Below are positions 20,870 to 33,500 of a stretch of DNA of 35,505 bases, in pieces. This stretch comes from Vitrella brassicaformis CCMP3155 (Eukaryota; Protista; Chromerida). Below the pieces are notes generated by a model. It was not told the DNA's origin, made no database searches, and was given only the letters and a program-made list of their open reading frames with translations. Position 1 is the stretch's first letter. The number at the start of each line of letters is the position of its first letter. The stretch covers positions 1-35,505 of the forward strand of contig CDMY01000659.1 in NCBI GenBank assembly GCA_001179505.1, in the 5' to 3' direction. Both the position numbers and the translations under genes were made by a program.

Positions 20870-23611
20870 TCAGATGCATCTGGAAGCGGCGGTTCGAGCT
20901 CTTCGACGAGGGCGACTGGGAGACGCTGAGGGATGACGCCCTGGAGTGGCAGCGGCGGGCCCACCCCGTGGACCGTCCCGCGACCGCTACCGCAACCACA
21001 TCCCCGGCCAAACGCGCCCGCCGTCTCGCCGCGGGAAGTGAGCTCCGCCGGGCTGTCACGGCGTTGACCTCCGCCCCACTGGCGCCCGACAACGACAACA
21101 CCCTCGCCATTCTCCAGGGACTCCACCCGCCAGGTCCACAACTCGACACGACGCGACGCGCCCCCCGCAGGCAACCCCCGTCGCACCCTCGAGCTGCACC
21201 CCGCCAATCTACTGAAGGCCCTCAAGACGGCGGCTAGGGGATCGGCCCAGGGCCCGACCGGATGGCGCTACGAGCACCTGCGGGCCATCCACGACGCCAC
21301 CAGTCACGTGCCGCTGACAAAACTGGTGGACGACATCGTGCAGAGCAATATTCCCGATCACGTGAGGCCTATCCTGGGCTCCGCCCGGCTCATCGGCCTC
21401 GAGAAGACCGACGATGACGGCAGCCTGACGGGAGGGGTGCGACCCATCGCCATCGGGGAGGTCTTGCGCCGCTGGGTGACCCGGGCGATCTGCTTCCTGC
21501 ACCGGGAGCGGTTCGGGGAGGCGCTCAGCCCTCACCAGTACGCCGTGGGTGTCTCCTCGGGCGCGGAGAAGTGCATTGCTGCCATCCGGACGTTCCTGGG
21601 ATCGGGCGCTGCCGATGAGAAGCGCGTCGTGCTCTCCCTGGATGCCAAAAACGCCTTCAGCACCATCAGTCGCCAGGCGATCCTCGAGGGCGTGAACGAC
21701 CTCTTCCCCGAGCTGACCGACTTCTTCCTCCAGTGGTATGGGGCGTCATCCGACCTATGGTTTGCCCACTACGATGGGACGGTCCGCACCATCGCGAGCA
21801 CCCAGGGCACGCAGCAGGGCGACTCGGGCGGGCCCGTGTGGTATGTGTGCGGTCTGCATGCCGTGCTCCGACGGCTGCAAGCCGCCCTTCCAGACTGTCT
21901 CGTCTGTGCCTTCGCCGACAACGTGTACATCGGGAGGACGGAGGGGCGAGTGGAAGAGGCCTTCCGCGCCGCCAAGACCGAGATGGGGTCGGTGGACCAG
22001 ATATTGGTCGACCACAAGTGTGTGATGTGGGGGGAGCATTTTCGGCCTGGCATGCAACGACCCGCCTCGGTGCCAGCAGAGGTGGCGTTGGGCGAGGAGG
22101 GCATCCTGGTGCTCGGCGTTCCTCTCGGCACGGATGCCTTCATCGCCAAGCATTTCGCCGCCATCCAGCGCAAGACATAGCGGGTGTTGGACGCCCTCCT
22201 GTCGCTTGACGACCCGCAAACTGCCAACCTCATCCTCCGCCAGTGTGCCCACCTCCGGTTCCAGTACCACATTCGCACCACCGCCCCATCCAAGGTCATC
22301 CCCGCAGCGCGTGAGCACGACGTTGCCATCATCCAGGCAGCGTGCGTCCTCTACCAACTCGGCAACGCCTCGGTACCTGAGCTCTACCAGCTGAAGGCGC
22401 CGATAACTGAGGCCGGTTTTGGGTTCACACCCAACGTCGCCCTCTGCCACGCGGCATACTTCGGCACGGGCGCGGTTGTGCTGGCGGATGTCTACGCGCA
22501 ACACAGGGGGGCGCTGTGGATGCCCACGGGTGGCCGGGCGGGCCTCGCGCCTCGCGTGGGTGCAGGAGATGGAGCGAGCGCGGGGCCATCTCATGATCGA
22601 TTACCCCCCTGAGCCAAACCGCATCGACGACCTCCCCGCCATCCACACCCTCTTCACCCAGCCCGTCGCCGGCCTGCAGCACAAGCTCAACGAGCGAGTC
22701 ACATCGTGGTGGGCGCGACGACTCGAGCAGATCTGCGGCCGTCATCCGGAGACAGGCGACAGCGCTCGGCTGCAGAGCTTGAAGGGCCGCGGTGCGATGG
22801 CGTGGCTGCGGCCCGCGCCGTACTCCAAGGAGGTCACCCTCACACCCTCCGAGTTCACTTTTAACGTTCACCTCGCCCTCTGTCGCCGCAACCCCGACCA
22901 GTCCCGCCCCTGGCCCTCCCGCTGCCCCCTCTGTCCCAGCCAATGCGACCCATCCGGCGACCATTTTTTGAAATGCAAGTCCAGCTCTCAGCGCACCCAG
23001 CGGCATGACGCCCTCATCGGCACCTTCTATCGCATCGGGCGTGAGGCGAAGGCTAACGTCAAGAAGGAGCAACTCGTGCGGAACTACGACGTGTCAGAGT
23101 CCCTCCTGCACTCAACCACGAAGAAGCGGATGGACCTCGTCGTACGGGAAGCGCTCAGCACTTCCTCGACGTTACCGTCACCCACCCCCTCCACCGTGAC
23201 GACCCCGGGCGGGCAGACAACTGCCTCAATCGGACGGCCGGCAGGGCGTTGCGGATGGCCGAGGACGACAAGTACCGCAAATACGGCGCCATCGCCGACC
23301 AGACCCCTTTGCACTTCACCCCCCTCGCGTGCGAGTCCTTGGGGCGCTGGTCTCCGGCCACTGAGGAGTTCCTGCATAAGCTGGCAAGAGGCGTGCGGGC
23401 CGCCCACTACAAGGACGACCCCCAGATGACAGTCGGCCACATCGTCAACCGCTGGTGGGCCATGCTCTCGGTCTCCCTCGCACGCCACAACGCCCGCATG
23501 GTCTTCGCCAGGACAAACCCCGACAAGAAGACCGACGTCACCCGCCCCTCCCCTGCAGACAAGTCTGGGGCAGGGGCCCTTTCCACTACCACTAAGCGCG
23601 ACGACACATGA
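20870..23611 (+). mobile_element. Near-complete but 5'-truncated and mutated CRE-type non-LTR retrotransposon ORF (RT, CCHC finger, RLE)
   Basis: Motifs are RRFELFDEGDW, SAQGPTGWRYEHL, VRPIAIGEVLRR, QYAVG..GAE, LDAKNAF, GTQQGD, FADN (catalytic DD changed to DN), CPLC..DHFLKC, RMDL..DVTVTHP, AEDDKYRKY and FTPLACESLGRW. There is a stop at 22178-22180 and several frameshifts. Confidence 0.93.
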
Positions 23612-23899
23612 CCTCCCCTTCTCATGAGTTTCCGGCCCGAGACGAGCCGGCTGTTCCCCGCCAGGCACGGCGGGCAACTTCCATTCGACCGATCCGCCAC
23701 CCCTTGGCAGTCTCGCGCGTCGTGTTCCTTTTCTGGTGGAGCGTTAAGACCCCCACGGGAGCAGCGGTCCTTTTTTGCTGTGGGTGTGGGTGTGGGGTGA
23801 CGAGCGCGCGCGTTGGGGTGCCGCCCACAGACCGACGACGTCCGCGGCTTGGCGTGTCGGTGTATCTGGCGACGAGGGGCTTTCTTTCTCGAGGCATGG

Positions 23900-24010
23900 A
23901 AGCGTGAAGGGCTGGTTGCGTGTGTGTGAGTGTGGGCACGAGTGTGTGTGTGTGTGTGGAGTGGGCGCTGTCGGAGGGGTGCAGGGGTGTGTGCGTGCGT
24001 GCGTGCGTGG
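23900..24010. repeat. (GT)n / (GTGC)n microsatellite tract
   Basis: Visible directly. Confidence 0.85.
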
Positions 24011-24712
24011 TGGGGTGTTCACGGAGGGATGGCGTGTTCATTTCGCCGACTGGGCCGCCAGTTGCTTTTGTCGACAGTGTCTGTCTGTGTCCACCGGAAT
24101 GTGTGTCAGACCGGAGTTTTGTCCTTTTCATTCGTCAGTGCAAGGGGCTGCTGCCCTTCGTGTCTTTTCCCAGTAGCGTGCTTTTGGGCTGGACTGTCAC
24201 TGCTTTTTCATGTGTCTGCCTGTCCATAAGGAATCGGTCGATCACTGATTTTTCCCGCATGAGAACTTTTGTGTTTGTGCGTGTGTGTGGGGACGTCGGA
24301 CTCCTGTGAGGCCACGTGCGCTACGCGTCAACCGCTCCCCCCCTGTGCCATGCGGGTAGTACTTGACGCTGGTGGAGAGTGCAATCCAGCACGGCACATT
24401 CCACCGCTGCTGCTCAAGCAAACATGCACACGAACGAAAACCCTCCACGCTGCGCTGTGCTGACTTTGGGACATGCAATCGGGATGGTCCCGTCCCAGAT
24501 CTCCGTCCATTCTCCTTCGTGCTTGTGGATTTGGGACTTCTGCGAGGCCGTGAGGCCGCTTGCGCTACTCGTCAACCGCTCCCCGATCTCCGTCCCATCT
24601 GCTGAGATCTCTACTTTGTGTCGGAACGTTCGTCACGGTTTTGGTTCTCCTCGTCCCCGCCGTCTTCGTGCTTCTCATCGCCATGTACTCCAGCCAATGG
24701 AGCCGTCGTCGT

Positions 24713-25430
24713 GCAGCAGGCAGTCCCCAGCGAGATGCCAAAGGCATGACACTACACCAATTGCACAGGTCCGCCCTTCAAAAGATGACCACACAGACAT
24801 ACACACGCAGTCAGGAGTTGACCAAGCCGACGTGCGTGTCGGATGTCCACTGTTCTCAGGGTGACACTCGTATGGAGGGCGCTAGGCAGATGGTGATGCC
24901 ACAGAATAGCGGAGTGCCCGCAACAGGCAGTCCGCAGCGAGATGGTGACCAAAGGCATGACACCATATGTATTGCACAGGTCGGCCCTTCAAAGGATGAC
25001 CACACATACATACACACACGCAGACAGGGCTTGATCAAGCCGATATGCGTGTCGTGTGCCTGCTGTTCTCAGGATGACGGCTGTGTGGAGGGTGCTGGAC
25101 AGATGGACAGATGGTGACGCCACAGAGTAGCGGAGTGCCCGCAGCAGGCAGCCCCCAGCGAGATGGTAGCCAAAGGCATGGCACCACACGTATTGCACAG
25201 GTCGGCCCTTCACAAGATGACCACACATATATATACATACACGCAGACGGGGGTTGATCATGCCGATATGCGTGTCGTATGCCTACTGTTCTCGGGGTGA
25301 CACTCGTGTGGAGGGTGCTGGACAGATGGTGACGCCACAGAGTAGCGGAGTGCCCGCAGCAGGCAGCCCCCAGCGAGATGGTAGCCTAAGGCATGACACC
25401 ACACGTATTGCACAGGTCGGCCCTTCACAC
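24713..25430 (+). repeat. Tandem repeat of ~215 bp, about 3.5 copies
   Basis: gca(g/a)caggcag(t/c)c(c)(c/g)cagcgagatg starts at 24713, 24920, 25141 and 25356, giving periods of 207, 221 and 215. Confidence 0.9.
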
Positions 25431-25562
25431 TGGTGCATACACATCCAGACTCCTGACGCTAGTCGCATACACGTGTGACTGGAATGGCTGTAAACAGTGG
25501 TGGAACGGGATTAAACTGATCTGGAAAATTGTATTCACCGCTGTTATCTTTCTGGCGGCCGT

Positions 25563-26633
25563 GATGGGCTCCTGGCCCTCCTCGCCCTCGCTGGCGTCGC
25601 CAACTGCCACATCCGAAAACTCGGCCCAGGTAGGAAACTTCCATTTCCATCTAGTCAGTGCGCATGTCGTCTGCATTTGTATTCTTCTTGTCTTGGCCTG
25701 CTTTCGTCGCCTGCTTTCGTCATTTTAGGTCATGAGACCACCACGACCACCACTACCGCTCCGACCGGCGACATGGCTGGCGGTGAGCAGCTCTTACGAT
25801 TATTCCGAGAGAGCAAATTCTTATCGTCACGGTGGTGCTGCTCTGATGCACATTGATGCAGCAGATCGGCAAACCGTCGAATGTGACCCGGCTGACCTGG
25901 CCTGCCTGCCGCTAGCGCCCGGGGGTGAGCGAGTGCATAAGATTGTGACAGTCCACGAGTTCGCTCGGTCTCATTATTCTCCGTGCATGCAGCCGTCCGG
26001 TTCATCTCCCCTTGGATACATCCGGCGCAGAATGGTTCCAATACCAGAAAGCAGACGAGTGCACTGTATGTGCATACACGCGGTGACGTCATTGCTGAAC
26101 GTACGGTTTTGGCCGGACGTCGCACCTGCAGCTGAAGTGGGTGCTGTGCGAGTGGTTCGGAAGTGCGACGGAGACCCGGAGTGTGCTGCGGGCGAGGGTA
26201 AGGGTCTCGAATCGTGTTGCCGCCTGGAGAGAGAACTGTATCGACTCCGTCTGCTTCTCTCTCCCAGATATTATAGAATTTCAGAACCCAGCGGTGCGAG
26301 GGCGTCCTGTGGATTGGTGCCTCCGCTTTGGTAGCGGCTGCGGTGGAGACGCTGCAGATGTGAGAAAGCTGACACGAGCAATGCGATTCAAATGCGACTG
26401 TTTATATTACGTGTTTGTTTTAACAGCACTTTTGCCTGGAGTATGCAGAACAGAGAGTAGAAGCTCCTTCAGGCCAACAATACACTGGGGCAGATCACCG
26501 ACCCAGCGGCTTCATCCGGAAATCGAACTGCGGAGAGACGACCATACTCGAAGGAGGTATTTGTACCCCCATTCCCTTTATCCTGCAATGTGATTGCTTC
26601 AGTCACATCGATTGCGTGACCGCCACAGTCTGA
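25563..26633 (+). pseudogene. Copy A of a secreted Cys-rich protein gene; lacks the start codon, and the intron 4 donor is GA
   Basis: Exons are ~25563-25629, 25729-25782, 25865-25924, 25993-26046, 26132-26197, 26268-26359 and 26427-26633. Phases are consistent. The end reads DIIEFQNPAVRGRPVDWCLRFGSGCGGDAAD|HFCLEY..NCGETTILEGGIC..QCDCFSHIDCVTATV*. Confidence 0.85.
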
Positions 26634-27997
26634 GTATGCATATCAGTGCACTCACTTTCGCTATGTGCGTATGTGTATGAGTCTGTGTATTTGTATTGAG
26701 GCGATGGCGTCGCCGATGGGTGCGAATCGATCGAGCCTTCTGTAATTGGGGGACTGGTGAGTGCAGAGCATGGTTGGCTGGCGGCTGATGGAGCAACAAT
26801 CACTGGCCCCATCAGCCACCAGCCATCCGTGAGGAGGATGGATGATCGGCTGACTCAGTCATTTTTTTCGTCCATGCTGGCGTGCATGAATGCGCTCCGA
26901 CACGTGCGAAGTGGGCACGTGAAGGTCTTCACTCACTCCCCAGCCGACGACTAGCCACACACAGCGTGCTGCTGTTTGTTTTTTGCATCCAATCCATGTA
27001 CACAACTATGCCTTTTTCCATCCAGTCAGCCGCGTCAGCCACGGATCTGTTGCTCTCATTGTATGCGGCGGGTGACATACTGTGTTGCATGTGCTCCGTG
27101 TGTTGTCATGTGCCGTGAGGTCGTGCATGTGCCGCGTGGCTGCGTGGGGGCTGTCTGCCGGTCAGGTGTGCTCGAATTGGAGCGACGGCCGGTCGACTGG
27201 CTGCCTCGCCCACGCACACACGCTTGGCGTCATGAGGTGCATGAAGGTGTGTGAAGCCATCGTTGGGAAGGACAGAACAGGGAGACATGGGCGATACATG
27301 GGAATGAGAGCATTGAAACGAGCCATCAAGGCACACGGCACCGGATTTGACAAATAACGAGCCCACTGTGAGCCCAAGTATTTTGCCCCTCTTTTGAGAA
27401 GGCGTCGCCATCGGGCGAAGTTTAAAACGACTCAATCCTTCACACGACACCAAACCCGACGAACACGAGTCATTGAAACATGCAGGGACAGCAGGAATTA
27501 CCACACGGACTGAGTCCGGCTGATTCGGACACAATGGTTTTCACGCGCGCGACGCCGGACAGCAGGAAGCCCTATAGGCACCGATTCGGAAGCGAAAACA
27601 CTTGAGCTTTCTGTCCTCGGTGGACGAGAAAAGAGTAGTTCGCCGAATGCTTGAAGCATATGCTCCAGCAGGTCGGCAGCAGCAGCACCAGGCTTGCCTC
27701 CGAGCGCCGTTTGCAAAGGGCTCTCTTCCTTTTTTATGTCTTGAGTAGATCGGCGGCGGGAAGGCGATCCGCATGCGGACTCGAAATGATTATTCGGATT
27801 CGAAATGTGAGGGAGCGGGGCGCAACGGCCGGGAGAGACCAGTAGCGCCTCCCCCGCCCGCAACCATCCAGTTGCTTGTCCGGCGCACCTCATCCAGTCG
27901 GCAGCTCTCTCTTCTGCCTCTCTCTCTGACCCTGACTGTTCGTCTGTTGCTTTCCTTCCTTCTCTGAGCCGCCAGCTTCCCGGGCTCTCTCACGCCG

Positions 27998-29050
27998 ATG
28001 ATGGTGCGTCTGATTGGGCTCCTGGCCCTCTTCGCCCTCGCTGGCGTCGCCCACTGCCACATCCGCAAACTCGGTCCAGGTAGGAAACTCCCATTTCCAC
28101 CTAGTCAGTGCGCATGTCGTCTGCATCGCACCTTGCATTCTTCTTGTCTTGGCCTGCTTCCGTCATTTAAGGTTATGGAACCACCACGACCACCACTACC
28201 GCTCCGACCGGCGACATGACTGGCGGTGAGCAGCTCTTACGATTATTCCGAGAGAGCAAATTGCTATCGTGGTGCTGCTGTCATGTACATTTTATGCACC
28301 AAACCGGCAAACCGGCGAATGTGACCCGGCTGACCTGACCTGCCTGCCGCTAGCGCCCGGGGGTGAGCGAGTGCATAAGATTGTGACAGTCCACGAGTTC
28401 GCTCGGTCTCATTATTCTCCGTGCATGCAGCCGTCCCGTTCATCTCCCCTGGGATACATCCGGCGCAGAATGGTTCCAATACCAGTAAGCAGACGAGTGC
28501 ACTGTATGTGCATACACGCGGTGACGTCATTGCTGAATGTATGGTTTTGGCCGGACGTCGCACCTGCAGCTGAAGTGGGTGCTGTGCGAGTGGATCGGAA
28601 CTGCGACGGAGACCCGGAGTGTGCTGCGAGCGAGGGTAAGGGTCTAAAAGCGTGTCGCCGCCTGGAGAGAGAATTGTATCGACTCCGTCTGCTTCTCTCT
28701 CCCAGATATTATAGAATTTCAGAACCCAAAGGTGGCAGGGCTTCCTGTGGATTTTTGCCTCCGAGGCATTTTTGGAGGCTGCGGTCCTGAAGCTGCAAAT
28801 GTGAGAAAGCTGACACGAGCAATGTGATTCAAATGCGACTGTTTATTACGTGTTCCTTCATTGACAGTACTATTGCAGAAATCACGCAGCGCAGGAAACC
28901 CCACCTCCCGACGGCCACAAATACACCGGGTTCAGCGACTACGAACATAAAGCGCAGGGCTGCGGATGGACGAACATACTCCAAGGAGATACTTGTATTG
29001 CTCTCTGTACTTGCTTCCAGCACATCAAGTGCGTGTCCACCCCAATCTGA
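27998..29050 (+). CDS. Copy B: 7-exon gene for a ~197 aa secreted protein (signal peptide, Thr-rich linker, 8-Cys C-terminal domain)
   Basis: Exons are 27998-28079, 28172-28225, 28303-28362, 28431-28484, 28570-28635, 28706-28800 and 28868-29050, and they join into one stop-free frame. The protein reads MMVRLIGLLALFALAGVAHC-HIRKLGPGYGTTTTTTT..FQNPKVAGLPVDFCLRGIFGGCGPEAANYYC..CGWTNILQGDTCIALCTCFQHIKCVSTPI*. All splice sites are GT-AG except the intron 2 acceptor (AA). Confidence 0.85.
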
Positions 29051-29414
29051 GTATGCGTACGCGTGTGTGGGTCTGTGTATTTGTATTGAGGCGACGGCGT
29101 CGCCGATGGGTGCGAATCGATCGAGCCTTCTGTCATTGGGGAAGCGGTGAGTGCAGAGCATGGTTGGCTGGCGGCTGATGGAGCAACAATCACTGGCCCC
29201 ATCAGCCACCAGCCATCCGTGAGAAGGAGGATGCATGATCGGCTGACTCAGACATTGCTCTCGTCCATGCTGGCGTGCATGAGTGCGCTCCGACACGTGC
29301 GAAGTGGGCACGTGAAGGTCTTCACTCACGCCCCAGCCGACGACTAGCCACACACAGCGTGCTGCTGTCTTCTTTTTTCTCTTTTGCATCCAATCCATGT
29401 ACGCAGCTCTGCCG

Positions 29415-29450
29415 TTTGTTTGTTTGTTTGTGTTTTGTGTGTGTGTGTTT

Positions 29451-29487
<37 letters not shown>

Positions 29488-29830
29488 GTGTTTTGTTTTG
29501 TTTTTTTGTTTTTGCCATCGTTGGGAAGGACAAAACAGGGAGTCATGGGTGGGAATGAGAGCACTGAAACGAGCCATCAAGGCACACGACACGGAAGACT
29601 GCTCATGTTGAAGTGAGTGAAGTGAGTGTGTTTTGTTCGAACATGGGCCATTCAACCACATTGACACGACCGTCCGTCAGGGAGTCAGGGTGTTGTATAT
29701 AAACACTGGCAGACGTATACCCATAAGAGCCCTTCCATCACTGTTGCTGTGTCCACCTGAATGGTGAATCCACCGCGCACACACACACGCACACACACAC
29801 GCACACACACACACACAGAGACACACAGAG
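29415..29830. repeat. Microsatellite tracts: (GTTT)n/(GT)n at 29415-29510 and (CA)n at 29775-29830
   Basis: Visible directly. Confidence 0.9.
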
Positions 29831-30519
29831 AGGCATAAAAACGTGCATCTGACTTAGGCGTCGAACTCCATGGGTCCACCGATAAACAAGAACAGTGAAA
29901 GCTGATTCCCGACGACGATCAGTGCGAAGGGATTAGGTGTCTGTAAGAGACAGATAGGCTGTGTGTAAAGTGGGGGGGATTGTGTCGCACTATGGCGTCT
30001 TGCATTCTCTCTCACTGTCACGTATGGACCGAGTCGGTTGTATATGACTGTCTCCGACTCACAGATGGCATGTCATGAACAACGAAACAAATAGCCCCTC
30101 CCGTGAAGTGCTACACAGTGAGTGCTACACGCACACAACATATGAAAACTAAACAATGGGCACCACGAGGAAAAATAGGGTCTCACGAGGGAGAAAAATT
30201 TACCAAAGACGATAGGTGCACACTATTATGTACCTCCTACGTGCCTCCAATATCTCTCATCAGTGTTAAAACACTTATGGCCTACTCTTGCATATCTTCG
30301 TCCGTGGAAATCTACCCTAGGTTCATCTGGCTCTCACATTGCACGAACACACAAGAAAAAGAGGGCGCCCACGAAGAAAAAGAGGAGCTCGCGGGAGATG
30401 AAAAATATACCCAAATGATACGTGTACAAGCCTACGTGGCCAATCAGTGGAGCAAGACTCATACAGTACTCACATGCGTTCGTCCATTGAAGCCTCCACC
30501 CTACGTTCAGCCGGCTCAC

Positions 30520-33500
30520 TCCCATTCGCACACGAGACGTCAACCGCCAGCACCCGCTCTCCATCAACAGGCTCTCTGAGCTGTCCGTCTTCGCCTTGTC
30601 CATGGCCATGTACCTGACAAAGAAGGGAAAAGAAAGCATAAATATGTGTCCGTCAGTGAAGCCATTGTCGGCGTTTTATCCCCTGTACGTCTGTTGGCGG
30701 CTCACTGTCATCGTCATCGGGGCCATTGCCCTGCTAAAGAAGAAGCGCAATGCACAGTTTTAGCTCCCCTGTGTGTGCGTCGTATACCGCCTGTGATGTG
30801 GCGTGTCTCATCCTTTGCTTGGCCTTCTCATAAGTCTTGTATAGCTGACGCCAGCCTCCCACGTGTGCATCGGCCTGGAACTCACTGCTGCTCGAATACT
30901 GAGTGATCAACACAGCCCCTGACAAGCTCCTGACGTGCTGTCTTGTCCTGGCTCTGCGGCAAATGGATTCATCATAGTCATGCTGGTGAGTGATCAGCTC
31001 GTCCACGACAAGAAGGAGCTTCGACTGACAACACACACAAGAGAATGACATGGTATTACAATCGTGCGCCTGCTCACCTGCAGATCGTGGAGTGTCATGC
31101 CTTCTTTCCCCCGCCTTTGGCACTCATCTGCAAATCTGCACCCTCCCGTGTGCTTTATATTGACGAAGATCTTACTATCAACTCTGTGGACGCCTTTCTG
31201 TTCTCACCTCCCAGCGTCTATGAAAGCTCTCTCATCTATCTGCGTCTCCTGTCCTGTAAAATCGCTTTCAAGGCCGTTGTTGGTCGGATGGCCCTGACTG
31301 CCGCCTGTCCGCGTACAGGCAACCAGCGCCATTTCGTGGAGGAAATGATCAGAAGCATTTATCCACCTCTTCCATTTCGACCCGAACTTCAGATCGTCGG
31401 TCAGAAGACACGGTCGACTCCCACCGAAGCCGACACTGCATGGAGGATCGGCCACAAGGGTAACCATCGATGCTGCTTCTGTCCGTCTTACTTGCTCCTT
31501 CATGTATGGCGAACTCAAGTAAAATGCCCAGCATAACACAAAGTCAAGGAAGTCCAATGGAACCTGACGTAAGCACAATAGGAGATATGGACGAGAGCGC
31601 TTTGAACACACTGACATCTCTGATTTGCAGTCGATCTGTGGCCTCCTTCACGGCTGCACTCAGCATTCGCAACATCAGTGCGCTCCTCTTCGCCAGACGC
31701 CACTCGGTGCTGCGGCCATGCCACAGCGTCCGCAGAAAACCGACGACGCCGCCATAACGCCGCCTCCTGCGGGGGCTGTAGAGGCCACGCGATGACGTCA
31801 CATCATCGCCGCCTTCTCCGGTCCATGACAGTTTGCCGCTCTCCCAGCCCAGACACCTTGCCACATTCTTCGCGTTGTTTTTGGGCCCGTCGGGTGTGCC
31901 AGGCAAGGAGGTGGGACAGACACGCCGCCGCTGGCCGGCAAATTGGCTGGAGGCAGCGTCGCCAGGAGGCCGCTGTCAATCATGGACAAAAAAGCCATCG
32001 AGTACATGGTGAGTGGCGGCGGGCCTGAGACGATTGTCTACCTCACCGAATCTCGTGCGACGGGCCGACAATCGTGTCGAGGGCTCGTCTTTGCCTTCCG
32101 CCAAGTCACAAAGGCCGTTGTGGCATATCAGCAACAAAAGAATAAGGTAGTGGTTAAGGTTGAGCATCATCGCCAGCAGCAACAGTATGACATTGATGTA
32201 GTTATTGGTTTCGCGCTGGAGGATGACAGACAGCAGCATGATGGAAATCAGCCAGGTGGTGAGCTCACGAGCCTCTACACAGTTCAAGAGGTCCATGTGT
32301 CGATGGTCGAATGGCTTCACGAGCAGATGGACATTTAGGCAGATAAACGCAATGATGCTCCAGCCAACAAAGTGAAAGCCTGGATTGCCCACAGCCATAT
32401 GAGCGACCAACAGCACCAACACGCGCCTGCACAAATGCAGCAGAAACGTGAGAAGCAAAGTGGCATATGCAGACACACGGGTGACCTCAGAGCAAAGACG
32501 GCGTCCTGCACGCACAAGGAGAGAGGAGAAAGTAGAGGGGGATCGTCTGAGATGAGTCTTCTAGTACATGCGTTCTCACCCAGTAGGCGTATTTATGTCT
32601 ATATCCCTGGCGAGAGACAGGAGCAGGACGTGTTAGTATCATTGCATGCGTTCCTGACGTTTCACCCTTACCTGATACAGAAAACCGAACCTCTGATAAT
32701 GTGGGAAGAAGCAAAACGCACACACGCATGCACACAAGCTTACGTGTAGAGTCTTTGTTTCAATGTCCTTTCTCCATTATATACCAGACGCATCTTAGGT
32801 GAGTGCAGACTTTCACGAAAATAGCGCAGCAACACCACACCGGCAAGTACAGGTGACAAGCTCCACAAAATCAAGCCAGCAATGCCTATTAGCCGGAACA
32901 GCTCATATTCGGATCCGTGGCACAACAAATTGGGATTCACATCCGGCCGCAACCGCATCGTGACCGTATTGGTTTCATCCAAGGACGGGTACGGCCGACA
33001 ACGCAGCAGCATCAGCATGTTCCTTGTGACCGTGGGATGCGTGAAGGTCAGTATGACGATCAGCAGCTCCGCTCGCTGGTCCACGGCTTTCTTGACTTTG
33101 GCGCACCAGTCAGCTACAGACCCGGTCCAAATGTGAATGGTATCCTGTCGCAGCGGTGCTCTCTGAGTGACGTTCTGGGGACAGCAGCGCTTGGCGCATC
33201 CGGCGCCCCAGGTGAACAGCGCGGCGATGATGGGCATTACAACGAGACACAATAGAGGGATAACAATCCACACGGCATGCCTCCACAGCACAGCTGTGTC
33301 CCTCATATCATCCCGCACAAGGCGTATAATACAGTCCCAGCTGGTATATGCGAGGGGCAAGCCTCCGTCCCACATAAAGGGGCGCGATGAGGATGTCACC
33401 CAAACCGAGAAACGCTCGTCATCGTGAGACATGGACAAGACCAGCATCGCCAACACGCTTATTTGCCGAGACAAGCTTCTTTTTCCGGCGATCAGAGAGC

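Larger units (their letters stand above)
25563..29590 (+). repeat. Segmental duplication: ~25563-27345 versus ~28013-29590 (gene plus 3' flank)
   Basis: Introns and the several hundred bp after the stop are nearly identical by eye, for example gtatttgtattgaggcga(t/c)ggcgtcgccgatgggtgcgaatcgatcgagcc. Confidence 0.95.

Noticed and set aside
23612-23700. Self-cleaving ribozyme in the CRE 3' region
   Set aside because: Only simple GC hairpins are visible. There is no intact CUGANGA/GAAA core or HDV pseudoknot, and retroelement ribozymes are normally 5'.
26558-26601. Extra intron inside the last exon of the Cys-rich gene (gtattt...cttcag)
   Set aside because: Reading through keeps the frame and supplies conserved Cys residues in both copies, and copy B has no GT at that position.
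24989-27254. Further GRPV..WC / RPVDW peptides suggesting more copies of the Cys-rich domain
   Set aside because: The matches are only 4-6 residues, without the Cys framework or exon structure.
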